DNA of 64,000 nucleotides from Octopus vulgaris (taxonomy: Eukaryota), in contig OX597817.1 of NCBI GenBank assembly GCA_951406725.2, positions 53,878,001 through 53,942,000 on the forward strand, read 5' to 3'. Each line of letters begins with the position of its first letter. Within the stretch, counting starts at the first letter, position 1. Of this stretch, positions 1 to 12,624 are shown in pieces. Made by a program: the position numbers and the translations under genes. The notes below the pieces were generated by a model. That model was not told the origin of the DNA, did no database searches, and worked only from the letters and a program-made list of their open reading frames with translations.

Positions 1-11
1 TAGATTGATAG

Positions 12-44
<33 letters not shown>

Positions 45-70
45 TAGAGAGATAGATAGATGGATAGATT

Positions 71-108
<38 letters not shown>

Positions 109-828
109 CAGATAGAGAGAGAGATAGATAGATAGATAGAGAGAGAGAGAGGGAGAGAGAGAGGGAGAGAGAGGGGGGGAGAGAGAGAGGGAGAGAGAGG
201 GGGAGAGAGAGAAGGGAGGGTGCTATACAATGATATCAAAAGCAAGCTGATCTCGGGTGTTGTGTTATATCAAGGCTGTGGAATGAAATGTTTGTAACCT
301 GGTACAGCATAATACAAAGACCAATTAACTGATTAATGTTATCTGTGGAGATAATTCTGGGGTGTCAATTTTACAAAAGATACACCGAAAAACATGATCT
401 GCCTTTACAAAACAAGCCCCACCACTATACCACCACCACCACTACCATTAGATGTGTGTAAATATATGTATAAAAATCTGTGCGTGTGTGTGTGTGTGTA
501 TTTCACAGCCGTAAACAGATAAATAGGCCGACAAAAACATACAAAGTTGCTGAAATCTAATAATTTGTTTCCTTTCTTGACTTGATATAGTTGTAAATAT
601 CCAAGGAGCAATTGAAGGCAAAACCATGGGCAGCCATGGGGAATAGCATACATAAATAAGGTTTGTCTGTAGTTTCAGGGTGTCCAGTCTTTATGTATAT
701 CTCTCACGCTGGCTATTTTCTTAATCTTTTAGCATTCAGATTCTTCTGCCAAATGTAATGCTTATTCATTCACATACACGCACACACATATATCGTAATG
801 TACTTCATATCATTAATTTTTGAATTAA

Positions 829-1041
829 CCCTTTCGCTACCAACCCGGCTAAAACCAACTCTGGCTCTGAGTACAAATGTCTTGTTTCCATAAGTTTTAA
901 ATTAAAATCTTCCACCAAACCTTAGTCGCAATTTATGCTCCTACCACTAGCTTAATGATAACTAAGTTATTTTACTAAATTCTTTGTTATATTTAAAATT
1001 AATTGAAAGCAATACAGAGCACTTCAAAATAAATGAAAGGG
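829..1041. mobile_element. piggyBac-type MITE
   Basis: TTAA|CCCTTTC...GAAAGGG|TTAA. Confidence 0.8.
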
Positions 1042-1135
1042 TTAAATAATGTTAGCACATTCATAAACATTTAAACCTACATTTAAACTACTTCGTCTCT
1101 GTGTATATCGAATATACATCGTTATCTTGTTTCAA

Positions 1136-1354
1136 CCCTTTCGTTACCAACTTGGCTGAAACTGCCTCTGGTTCTGAGTACAAATGTCTCATTTTCATAA
1201 GTTTTGAATTAAAATCTTCCACCAAACCTTAGTCACAATTTATGTTCCTAAAACTAGCTTAATGATAAATAAGTTATTTTACTAAATTCTTTGTTATATT
1301 TAAAATTAATTGAAAGAAACAGAGCATCTCAAAATAAATACAGAAATGAAAGGG
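1136..1354. mobile_element. piggyBac-type MITE, second tandem copy
   Basis: tcaa|CCCTTTCG...GAAAGGG|TTAA; colinear with 829-1041. Confidence 0.8.
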
Positions 1355-2004
1355 TTAAAAGCCTAAATTAAAATTTCCAGTGTTGGTGCCTTTCTTAACA
1401 GTTTACAAATGGAAGCTACCATGGAAACTTCTATGTAGTTATCCAGCCTGCAAGAAACTGCAGTCAAATTTTCTTTAAATGTTACCATATCATTTTCAAT
1501 AACAAAGTCATACAGTGGCAGTGAGTGATTGCTCTTCCTGATTAAGGAAGATGAAATGGTGCAGTCTGGTTTGAGAATATCGGGCTTCGTAGGAAATGGA
1601 AATGAAATGAGAGATGTTGTAAGATTAAGAACAGCCCCACCTCAGAACCACCCATGGGCGAATGAAAGAACAGGATATTAAACTTGTATGGAATAGTAAC
1701 AAGGTGTGCCCAACCAAAACCAGCAGGGGTGGAGGATAGACATTAATAAAAGAAAATTCTAACATTGACTCAATGTCGGAGACATTTATTATTGTTGGTT
1801 AGGGAGAGTCATGGGTACAGTTGCAGAAATAAGCCCTTGTGCTTGTATTTATTTTACCGATTCCAAATGGATGAGAGGTGAAGCCAGTTTTAGTGGAATT
1901 TCAACAAAAGTAAAGAATGATGTAAGAATGACATCATTCAAAACAAGAATGGATTATTTCTGTTATTGCATGGTGTTTTCATACATAAAGAATTTTAACA
2001 AACA

Positions 2005-2398
2005 CTAGCAGTATCACCCAGCGTTGCTCGGGTTTGTTTCGACCCTTTAGAATTGGAATTATTGAAAAGTAAAAATTTTGCATTATGTAGCTTGTTGTTC
2101 TCTTTAAGTGAACATTTTTCTGGTTGAAATACACCGAAAAATAGCAACACAGCAGTCAAAAAATCGTAAAAAATAGGAATTTCCATAGAAAAAAAGCACC
2201 TTTTTGATGTAAATCAATTTTTGATGTTAACATGGTCTGATTTGAATTTTTTCTTCTGATGGAAGGAAGAGCAAGCCTTCTTCTATCATACTCTCAATTT
2301 TGGTCAACTTGTGCTGCAGGGTCTCAGAGGAGATAGTGTTAGTTGAAGGCTACCAAACCTGCCATACACAGACAACTTCAGCTTTATATATAGAGAGA
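2005..2398 (-). mobile_element. Non-autonomous Helitron
   Basis: Minus strand starts A|TCtctctatatataaa and ends CTAG|T, with subterminal hairpin acccgagcaacgctgggt. Confidence 0.8.
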
Positions 2399-2404
2399 TT
2401 GGCC

Positions 2405-2985
2405 ATCGTTGTCGTGGCTGATGCCAATGCCACCTGACTGGTACACGTGCCAGTGGGACATAAAAAGTACTATTTGAGCATTGTCAATGCCAATGGCGCC
2501 TGACTGGGTCACATGCCAGTGGCACATAAAAAGCACCATTTGAGTGTAGTCAATGCCAGTGGCACCTGACTGGCAATCGTGCCGGTAGCACATAAAAAGC
2601 ACCATTCGAATGTGACTGATGCCAGTGCCACCTGACTGGCTCCCATGCTAGTGGCAAGTAAAAAGCAACATTTGAGCATGGTTGATGCCAGAGGCACCTG
2701 ACTGGCTTTCGTGCCGGTGGCACATAAAAAGCACTATTCGAGCATGGTCATTGCCAGTGCTGCCTGAGCGCCCCCTCTCCATGCCGGTGGCACATAAAAA
2801 GCACCCACTACACTCTTGGAGTGGCTAGTGTTAGGAAGAGCATCCAGCTGTAGAAACCTTGCCAGATCAGAGTGGAGCTTGGTGCAGCCTCCTGGATTGC
2901 CAGTCCTCAGTCAAACCATCCAACCCATTCCAGCATGGAAAGCGGACGTTAAACGATCATGATGATGATGATGATGATGATGCTA
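2405..2985 (+). mobile_element. RTE LINE 3' UTR fragment with six 66-bp repeats and (GAT)n tail. Other copies: about 18495-18632(+), 20780-21205(-), 26283-26500(+), 30786-30970(-), 37100-37480(+), 37491-37675(-), 40527-40632(-), 41300-41680(+), 42408-42728(+), 47448-47960(+), 48940-49130(-), 53810-54205(-)
   Basis: cctga(ctgg) recurs at 2433, 2499, 2565, 2631, 2697 and 2763; same terminus as 52228-52862. Confidence 0.8.
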
Positions 2986-3152
2986 AAAACTGGCAATAGG
3001 GAAGAGAAAAGGAACAATTGATAAAACTGACCAATTTCTTAACTTAATTTTGGTGGGGAGGGGACCAATCGATTACATTGACCGCAGTGCACAACTATTT
3101 ACCTGGGTGAGACTTGGAGTCAACTTGTACAAGTACAAAGCAAAAGTCAAAC

Positions 3153-3206
<54 letters not shown>

Positions 3207-3237
3207 TAATAATGATGATGATGATGATGATGATGAT

Positions 3238-3600
3238 AAAAAGGAAAACAATGGAACTGAAAATTATTTGAGGATGATCCCTGGCTTACAGGAAGTGCAA
3301 AAAATGTCTTAAGTGGTAACTGGTCACATGTATTGAGAAGAGCATTGTTACTGTGGATTTAACTTCCTTTTCCCCTTTTATTTTCTTTGTTTACATTTTT
3401 TAAAATTATTTTTTGGATTTTTGATCTTTTTCCTTTTCCTCTCTGTCTTTCTTCCCCCTGTTCTCTATCATATGACTTTGTAAATGAACATTCTGGTGTG
3501 TTTATTTCAATGGCCTACCAATGTATATACAGAGAGTTTCTCTGCCCTAGGTGTCAAGAAGACACTTGGCAAGAAATGGAAATAAAATTGAAAGAAGATA
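3238..3600 (+). mobile_element. Second, more decayed R4/Dong-type 3' fragment between (TAA)n runs
   Basis: GTENYLRMIPGL..QEVQK..SHVLRRALL and the 3' UTR motif ttctctgccctaggtgt are shared with 43761-44277. Confidence 0.7.
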
Positions 3601-4217
3601 ATCATAATAATACTAATAATAATAACATTGCCCTAATGCAATACCAGATAGTAGCTCTCATGGCTTCCGATCTTAACTGATTGGAAGTGTTATCATGTAG
3701 ATACATAGTTTTGTTTTGGTATAAAAGATGGGCTACAGCAAATATTCTGCTCAATACCACAGATTTGCTTGTCAGTTATTTGACCTTAACCAGTTGAGCT
3801 TGTCCCTTAGTGGCTGACGATATGTGCATCACTGATCACGAGCAGAAGTAGTTGGGGAGCATCATACCCGTGTGTTGAGAGGGATTCTTTGGGATTTGGA
3901 TAATTCACCTTTGGAATCATGGGTGTTTTGTTCAACAACCTTAAACAACCCTTATTCAGGGACCTTTTGAGTGGGATGGGTTACTCGACCAGAAGAAAAT
4001 TCTAACTGGGCCCCACCTGCCAGGTCATGTGCTGTTTATCTTGATATGAGATCACCATGTCATGCACATATGGTTGTGACGCATGTGCCTGGTGTACCCT
4101 TATCAGACGGGTAGTCATGATGGGTATACTGGGCTTTGTATATTTTACCCGAGTGTCACTTGGATGGCATGCACTGCTCTCTCACTCAATAATAACAATA
4201 ATAATAATGATAATAAT

Positions 4218-4469
4218 GGTTTCAAATTCTGGCATAAGGCAAGTAAGTTCAGGGAAGGGAATGTGCTGATTATATCGACCCCAGTGCATAACTGGTACTT
4301 ATTTAATCAACCCTGAAATGATGAAGTGATGCTAACCACTCTGCCTGTGGTGCTAATGATTCTACCAGCTTGCTGCCTTCCCAATAACAACAACAACAAC
4401 AACTGTTTGTAACTTAACCCAAGATCAGTCAACCACTTTAGTGGGAGGTGGCCAGTGCTTAACTGGTAC

Positions 4470-4519
<50 letters not shown>

Positions 4520-4870
4520 GAGCACTTAGAGGGTGCAAACTTTCACCAAACAACACCAACATCCTCTCTGATTAGCTGGAAATGATTTTTAAGATGAGAA
4601 TATCTGAAATAAACTCGACTGCTCTCACAAATGAGAATACTAAAAATGAACCTGACCGCTCTCAAAGATTAAGTGAAAAAACAGAAAATAATCCAGAACC
4701 TTTGTCCGGTACCAGATTGATCCCAAAATCTAATCAGTTTGTGCCAGTCATGAGGCCAAACATCCCTGAAAGTTTCATCAAATCTATCCAGAGGTTCTTG
4801 AGATATTTTGTCTATGGACAAACAAACAAGCATGACCGCTAAGGCGGAGGTAATAATAATAATAATAATG

Positions 4871-4908
<38 letters not shown>

Positions 4909-5370
4909 CCTTTCTACTATAGGCACAAGGCTTGAAATTTGCAGGGTGGGGAATAGTTGATTACATTGATCCCAGTCCTCAAATGGTACTTAATATATCG
5001 ACCCCGAGAGGATGAAAGGCAAAGTCGACCTCAGTCGAATTCGAACTCAGAACGTACCGACAGAGGAAATACCACAAAGCATTTCCTCTGGCATGCTAAC
5101 AATTCTGCCAGCTTGCCACCTTGTTTAATAATAATAATAACAATAATAACGGTTTCAAATTTTGCCACAAAGGCAGCCATTTTGGTGGAGTGGGTAAGTC
5201 AATTACATCGACCCCAGTGTTCCACTGGTACTTAATTTATCGACCCTGAAAGGATGAAGGGCAAAGTTGAACCTCAGCAGAATTTGAACTCACAATGTAG
5301 CGATGGACAAAATACCACTAAGCATTTCGCCCGATGTGCTAACGATTCTGCTAGCTTAGTAATAATAATA

Positions 5371-5404
<34 letters not shown>

Positions 5405-5914
5405 CCTTTTTATTATAGGTACAAGGCCTGAAATTTGGTGGGGCAGGGGTCTAGTCGATTACGTTAACCCCCTCAGTAGTACTTATTTTATCAACCCCGA
5501 AAGGATGAAAGGTAAAGTGCCCTCCCACCAAAGGGATGAAAGACAAAGTTGACCTTGGTAGAATTTGAAGATGGACATAAAACTGCTAAGCATTTTGTCT
5601 GTAGTGCTAACAATTCTGCCAGCTCACAGCTATCCCAATAACGATAACAACAACAACAACTGGTTGTAACATACCACAAGATCAGTCAACAACTTTGATG
5701 GGAGGTGACCAGTGCTTGACTGGTACAATAATAATAATAATAATTCATTCTACTAAAGGCACAAGGTCTGAAATTTGGGGGAAGGGGACTATTTGATTAC
5801 ATCGAACCCCAGTGTTTCACTGGTACTTAATTTATCGACCCCTGAAAAGATGAAAAGCAAAGTTGACCTTGGTAGAATTTGAAGTCAGAACGTAAAATAA
5901 TAATGATGTTGATG

Positions 5915-5955
<41 letters not shown>

Positions 5956-6178
5956 TGGTTTCAAATTTTGGCACAAAATCAACAATTCTTTTTAGGGGGA
6001 GAGGTATGTCAACTATATCAACCCCAGTACTCAACTGATACTTAATTTTATCGATCCTGAAAGGATGAAAGGCAAAGATAACCTTGGCGGAATTTGAACT
6101 CAGGACGTAAAGAACCGAAAGAAATACACCACCCATTTTGCTTGATGCTCGACTGATTCTGCCAGCTCACCACCTTAA
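4218..6178 (-). mobile_element. Cluster of about six co-oriented SINE family B copies separated by (TAA)n
   Basis: Copies at about 4218-4380, 4908-5125, 5150-5360, 5405-5630, 5745-5895 and 5957-6178 all carry the reverse complement of the family B core. Confidence 0.8.
4515..4856 (-). mobile_element. Helentron-associated non-autonomous element (HINE/DINE-like)
   Basis: Minus strand: ttatt-acctccgcc (subTIR), (gttt)n microsatellite, degenerate inverted subTIR ggtgaaagt, terminal hairpin gcaccctctaagtgc, cttgtt; T-rich target. Confidence 0.6.
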
Positions 6179-6805
6179 ATTATACGATAATAATAACAAT
6201 ATTGATAACGAAGTAATTTCTAATATAGGCAGCACAAAGCGACAAATATTGGTGGGAGGGTACAAATGATGATGTACAGGCACCAGTATGCAACTGGTAC
6301 TGAACGGTTAAGAACAAAAGAGAAAAACAGAAGAGACTTACTTAACAGAAAAAGGGCCACCTCTGCTGGGTTTGTTTGTTATGTGTTGGGGTTCCGGAAG
6401 CTTTGTCTGGTGAGACAGTCAAGTTATAACAAGAACAACCATGAAATGTTGTGGACAAACCACTTGTGTGTGTTGTTGGAACAGAATTAAAGCAGTGTGG
6501 TACTGTGGTACTGTGGTACAGCACGTGTGTGTATGATGTGTGTTTCGAAGCTTGTCTGTCTGTGTGTATATATATGTGTGTATGTGTGTGTGTCTATGTG
6601 AGTGTGTATGTCTGTCTATGTGTGTATATGTGTGTAAATATGAGTGTGTGTGTATGTGTATGTGTATGTGTGTATCTGTAGGCCTGTGTGTGTTTAATGA
6701 AAGTTAAGGCTGAACTAAGCATTATGGTATTTTCCCCTCACTCTCCCTGAGTCTTTGTGCCTGTCTCAGGGTGTGAGAGAGGGAGAGAAGAGGAAGCAGA
6801 GAAAT

Positions 6806-6838
<33 letters not shown>

Positions 6839-7327
6839 AGGAAGAAAGGGAAAGAGTGTAAGAGAGAAAGGTCGGTGGTGGGGAAGGAGAAAGTAAAAAA
6901 AAAAGAAGGAAAAAAAGAAGAAAATCTAAAGGCTTCAACAAGCTTAACATCCCAAGTTGTCAAGTTGGAATAATAACCATAGACCAATGGAAACCACCAA
7001 AATGCTTTCACCCCACCGCCAACCTACCACTACCATCACCATCACACTCTACTCCTCTTCCTCACTCCACCCCTCCCACCAGCCACGCAACCTCCTCTTG
7101 TGACACTCTATACCAGAACAGGCCTCAGGGTAACACTTGCCTTTTTATTGGTTTAATGAAAATGATGTTGTTGTTGTCATTATGGCTGTTGTGTTTGTTA
7201 TTGCAGTGGTACATGATGATGTTGTCGTTAATATATCGTGTATCTTTTGCTTGTTTCAGTCATTAGACTGTGGTCATGCTGGGGCTCAGCCTTGAAAGGC
7301 TTTTAGTTGAATGAATTGACCTCGTTA

Positions 7328-7738
7328 GCAGGAGTGGCTGTGAGGTAAGTAGCTTGTTTACCAACCACATGGTTACGGGTTGAGTCCCACTGCATGGCAC
7401 CTTGGGCAAGTGTCTTCTACTATAGCCTCGGGCCGACCAAAGCCTTGTGAGTGGATTTGGTAGACGGAAACTGAAAGAAGCCCGTTGTATATATGTATAT
7501 ATATATATATATATATGCGTGTGTGTGTTTGTATGTCTGTGTTTGTCCCCCTAGCATTGCTTGACAACCGATGCTGGTGTGTTTACGTCCCCGTTACTTA
7601 GCAGTTCGGCAAAACAGACCGATAGAATAAGTACTGGGCTTACAAAAGAATAAGTCCCAGGGTCGAGTTGCTCGATTAAAGGTGGTGCTCCAGCATGGCC
7701 GCAGTCAAATGACTGAAACAAGTAAGAGTAAAAGAGCT
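7328..7738 (+). mobile_element. tRNA-derived SINE family A (CORE-like domain, internal (TA)n(TG)n). Other copies: about 13035-13330(+), 14070-14245(+), 15947-16372(+), 16805-17182(+), 18715-18890(+), 23490-23770(+), 25225-25316(-), 26140-26282(-), 27085-27682(-), 31540-31940(+), 32527-32660(+), 37690-37858(-), 41090-41290 and 41685-41828(-), 44665-44882(-), 50580-50986(-), 51823-52093(-), 57750-58120(+), 61300-61525(-)
   Basis: A box tggctgtg(a/t)gg, B box ggtt(c/g)agtccc, then ggcaccttgggcaagtgtctt (resembles the CORE/MIR domain) and a shared tail ...ccagcatggcc(g/a)cagtcaaatgactgaaacaagtaaaagag. Confidence 0.85.
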
Positions 7739-7784
7739 ATTTTTGTTTAAAGCCTGGTACTTATTTTATCGGTCTCTTTTTATC

Positions 7785-8712
7785 GGTCAGGTGGTACTGG
7801 CAACAGCCACGCTCAAATGGTGTGTTTTACACACTACCTGCGCAGGAGCCAGTTCAGCAGTACTGACAATGACCTCGCTCGAATGTTGTTTTTCATGTGC
7901 TGCCGGCACAAGTGCCAGTAATGTGATGCTGGTAATGATCACACTCGAATGGTGCTTTTTATGTGCCACTGGCACAGGAGTCAGTCAATGGTCCTGGCAA
8001 CGATCACACTCGGATGGTGCTCTTAGCACTTCACTAGCACGGATGCCAGTCATGTGGTGTTGTCATTGAATTTGATTTCGATTTCACTTGCCTCAACAGG
8101 TCTTCGCAAGCAGAGTTTAGTGTCCAATGAAGGAAAGACATGCATAAGTGGGCTGGTTACACCCCTGGCATAGGCCACGGGTTATGGTCTCACTTGGCTT
8201 GCTGGGTCTTCTCAAGCACAGCATATTTCCAAGGTCTTGGTCACTAATTATTGCCTCGGTGAGGCCTAATGTTCAAAGGTCATGCTTCACCACCTTGTCC
8301 CAGGTTTTCCTGGGTCTACCTCTTCCTCTGGTTCCCTCAACCGCTAGGGTGTGGCACCTTTTCACCCAGCTACCCTCATCCATTCTCACCACATGACCAT
8401 ACCAGTGCAGTCGTCTCTCAAGCACACCACATCTGATGCTTCTTAGGTCCAACTTTTCTCTCAAGGTACTTACACTGTCGAGTTCGCACACTGACATTAC
8501 ACATCCAGCGGAGCATACTGGCTTCGTTCCAGTATGTCCTTAGCAGTCACGGCCCATGTTTCACTACCATGTAGCATGGCTGTTCGTACACATGTGTCAT
8601 ACAGTCTACCTTTTACTCTGAGCGAGGGGCCCTTTGTCACCAGCAGAGATAGGATCTCTCTGAACTTTGCCCAGGCTATTCTTATTCTAGCCTGGGCAAA
8701 GTTCAAAGAGCT

Positions 8713-8715
<3 letters not shown>
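7785..8715 (-). mobile_element. 5'-truncated RTE-clade LINE (C-terminus of ORF, 3' UTR with tandem hairpin repeats)
   Basis: Minus-strand translation ARIRIAWAKFRE..KGRLYDTCVRTAMLHGSETW and RRLHWYGHVVRM..VEGTRGRGRPRKTW are RTE-specific. They are followed by the same 3' UTR seen at 52228-52862. Confidence 0.88.
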
Positions 8716-8756
<41 letters not shown>

Positions 8757-10645
8757 TTCTTTTAGTTCTGCTACTACCTGCTACCTACTACCGAGCCCTC
8801 ACAAAAGTAAAAGGAAGAGAGACAGAGAGAAAAAAAGGAAAATGTCCCTTGCATTTGAAAACTATGGAAATATTTTTTAAAAACATTTAATTTAATTTTT
8901 CCACAACTTAATTGTTTTTTATGGTTTACTCTAAGTTGAAAAGTTGCAAAGGTGGAAACCGGTACTAAAATGTTCTTCATGATAAAATTATTTTAGCATT
9001 TTCTACCTTGTCTTATTTTCTGTATATATATATATGTAAAGTGTGTGTTTGCAATGTTTTCTTTTCTAGATTCTTGTCCCTACTTACCGTCACACCCTTT
9101 TGCTACCCAGAACTATTGGTGCCAACAACTCCTTCTCTAGCTCTCTCTCTCTCCACCCCACAATCTGGGGGCAGTGCAAGCAGGGAATGGCCACATTCTC
9201 CAACATGATTCCTTTTATCCCTTTTGTTACCCCCCCTCTCCGCCACCGACACTGCCCTTTACTATCACTTCTACCCCCCACCACCACCATTATTATCACA
9301 ACAATTACCACTACAATGACTACCACAACACCAAGTGTCACCACCACCACCACCATCAATACACTAACAATGACCACCACCACCGCCGCCACCAAAACTA
9401 CAACCACAACTGTCTCAGTCACTATAGCCAGCCTCTATACCCCACCTCTCTACCACACCTTACCTCCCACCCCAAGCCCTCCATCACTGCCAGTCATCAG
9501 ATATACCCCAGCTTTTCATTACCATAGGAGAGAGTTCACCTAATCACCACCACCACCATTCTCATCTCTCTGCTCAGGGCCAATCCCCACCATCACTGTA
9601 GCCTTCACCACCACCACACACTAAACATACTTCCCTATTAAGTACACAGTGACACTCCTCGTCCCCCCCACCCCGTCCTTAACAACCAACCACATTTCAT
9701 GTATCTGTTCAGAACATGGCTGCTTCATATTCTGGATAGCATTACATACATGTGATACGTGCAGCTGTATAATATACATACATACACACACACACACGTG
9801 TGTGTGTGTGTGTGTGTATGTGTGTATGTACAAACAAACATACCCTATAGAGTTTCATAATATGGTGTTCCGTTAATTAGTTGAGTATATGTTATATAAT
9901 TATGTGAGTGTGTGTGTGTGTACGTGAGTGTGTGTGTGCGTGAATGTGTGTGTGTGTGTGTGTGTGAGTGTGAGTGTGTGTGTGAGTGTGTGCGTGAGTG
10001 TGTGTGAGTGTGTGTGTGAGTGTGTGTGTGAGTGTGTGTGTGTGTGTGAGTGTGTGTGTGTGTAAGTGTGTGTGTGTGTGAGTGTGTGTGTGTGAGTGTG
10101 TGTGTGTGTATGAGTGTGAGCGTGTGTGTGTGTGAGTGTGTCCTTAGCTGAATATAGGTGTGTGCCAGTTATATTCTACAACCTTGTGATGATTTCAGTC
10201 ACTGCGGTATGTGGCGTGGCTGGGGCCCCACTTTGAAGTGTTTTGTCTACCAAGAAAGGATTGGAAGAAAATGGTGAAGATTGGTCTTAAGATATTGGTG
10301 CTACAGACAGGATTTAACAAAGGAGTGCATTGGTTGGCAATGGATGGTGTTTGAGACGACTCAAACACGAAAGAGAAAGATCTATTCAACCTTGCAAGCA
10401 TGGTGACTTGAAGGTCACCAGAATGGTGGCTGTGATAAAGAAGACTGAGAGGCCATCTGTGGCAGAGGCAGCTTTAGGTCGCATTCGAGTAGCAGATCTG
10501 TAGCCAGGGACTGAGTCTCGGCAGCTTGATGGGTGTGAAGGGTGCCGGCCCCTGAGATGGGTGTTCCAGGTCAAGCGTGGTAGAGAAGTGGTAAGAGCTT
10601 ATATCATAAAGGAGAGTTGGTATGTGTGCATGCATGTGCGTGTGA

Positions 10646-10679
<34 letters not shown>

Positions 10680-10714
10680 ACATATATATATATTATATAT
10701 ATACACATACATAC

Positions 10715-10745
<31 letters not shown>

Positions 10746-11124
10746 CATATATTTATATACATACATACATACATATATATAAATACAAACTGGCACAAGA
10801 ACACAAAACATCTGGCCAGTTAGGTGATACAAAAAAAGGACAACAAAACATCCAGACAGACGATACAAAGAAAACAAAGATGGGTCATTCGAAGCCTTCT
10901 ATCCTCAGTCAAGCACCAGATTATCCTCGTAATTTCGGCTGATTATTCTTGAGATTGCTCCAATCTGGCCAGCCCCAAGGAGAAACTAAGCTAAGAGCAT
11001 TAGATTCCTTGGAAGAAAGCAGCAAATGTATACAAAAACAAGGATGGAAAAAAACGGACAAAGTTACACAAATATAAATACAATAAAAATAATAACAGGA
11101 CATAACAACAGGTGTCTTTCGACT

Positions 11125-11442
<318 letters not shown>

Positions 11443-11565
11443 GGAGATGTACTTTGCATAGCAAGTGACCTGATCTGAGATTGTGTGCTGGAACGAAAAC
11501 AATTGCAGCATGGAAGGCGTTTATAAGCCACTTAAGAAATACAAAAAAACCATTAGATTCACTCT

Positions 11566-11715
11566 AACATTTAAATTTTATTTGCCAAACTATTTTTGTC
11601 GCTTTGAGACTGTGACCTGTTCACTGGCAAAATTCCGGTAGCACAGAATTTTGTCAATGACTAGGTCGTGGTCTCAAAGCGATAAAACTATTTTGGCAAA
11701 TTAAATTTAAATGTT
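11566..11715. repeat. Fold-back: 70-bp inverted arms (11 mismatches), 10-nt loop
   Basis: 11566-11635 aligned ungapped to 11646-11715. Confidence 0.85.
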
Positions 11716-12180
11716 TGATGATGATGATGATGATGGTAATGGTTTTATAATGCAATACATGAAGCAAAAGAATATAAGTGATGATAAGAGACATCAGAAA
11801 CGCTGTAGAACTGTGATTAGACATCACTTCTATTTCACAGTAAGGATAAGTAATTGAAAGAGAGCTAATGAGAGGTGATGTGTGGGTAGGGAACATCTAA
11901 ATGGATTTGTGACTTCTGGTAACTCACAAAAAGCCACAAAGACATCCCAGAACTGTTTCTAGTTGAAGGCACCAGATATATACGTCATAAGATTGATGAT
12001 ACAAGGCTAAAAAATTAATCATATTTTGCATGGCCGTAAGATTTCCTTCAGAATCCCTGGCTCTGAAGAACTAGAAAACGAAATGGAAGAAAAACTATGA
12101 AATGAAAGCAATGAATATCAAATGAGAAGGCAGAAAGAACAACAAACCCCAATTTCTAGAGCACCATCAGCCAAAACTCT

Positions 12181-12520
12181 GGGTAAAGACTCCCTCTGAT
12201 CATGAATGACCATGGGATTGCACCTAGTAAGTTCACCTCTGAGGTACAAGCCTGAGCAAGATTGTTTATGGAAGACCAGCAGTTACACATGCATAACAGC
12301 TTCCCCTCTCTATGCCACCGATGTTATCTAAGGGGAAAGGCAAAGACTGATACAGCTTGGCACCAGTGATGTCACAACTCATTTCTACAGATGAATGAAC
12401 TGGAGTAACATGAAATAAAGTGTCTTGCTCAAGAACACAACACACAGCCTTGTCCAGGAATCGAACTCACTACCTCATGATTGCAAGCCTGATGTTCTAA
12501 CCACTGAGCCATACATCTAC
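12181..12520 (-). mobile_element. tRNA-derived SINE family E (CORE-like); 3' part also at about 15570-15800(+), related heads at about 20060-20240 and 23225-23340
   Basis: Minus strand: tggctcagtggttaga..gagttcgattcc..gttgtgttcttgagcaagacacttta, tail ..ggtgcaatcccatggtcattc. Confidence 0.75.
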
Positions 12521-12624
12521 ACAGGGTATGGCTTAAGAAATTGTCTTATGTCTAGTGTTATAAATAAATGAGTAAAGAGTTTGTCTTCTAACTGCAGCAA
12601 CCAGTAATATCATTCCATTGTTGT

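Noticed and set aside
405-653. ORF with LQLYQVKK as the missing Dab PTB terminal-helix exon
   Set aside because: Lacks the LRDLFQ-type motif and a credible acceptor.
2405-2810. CRISPR-like regularly spaced palindromic repeats
   Set aside because: Whole 66-bp units are homologous (no unique spacers), there are no cas genes, and the array is the 3' UTR of a eukaryotic RTE LINE.
10140-10610. GC-richer unique-looking segment, possible exon or LINE remnant
   Set aside because: Only short ORFs and no motif I can recognise with confidence.
10885-10965. Minus-strand ctgagga..gaag/cttc..gaat and cagccgaaat motifs
   Set aside because: No GAAA in the right place and no stem I.
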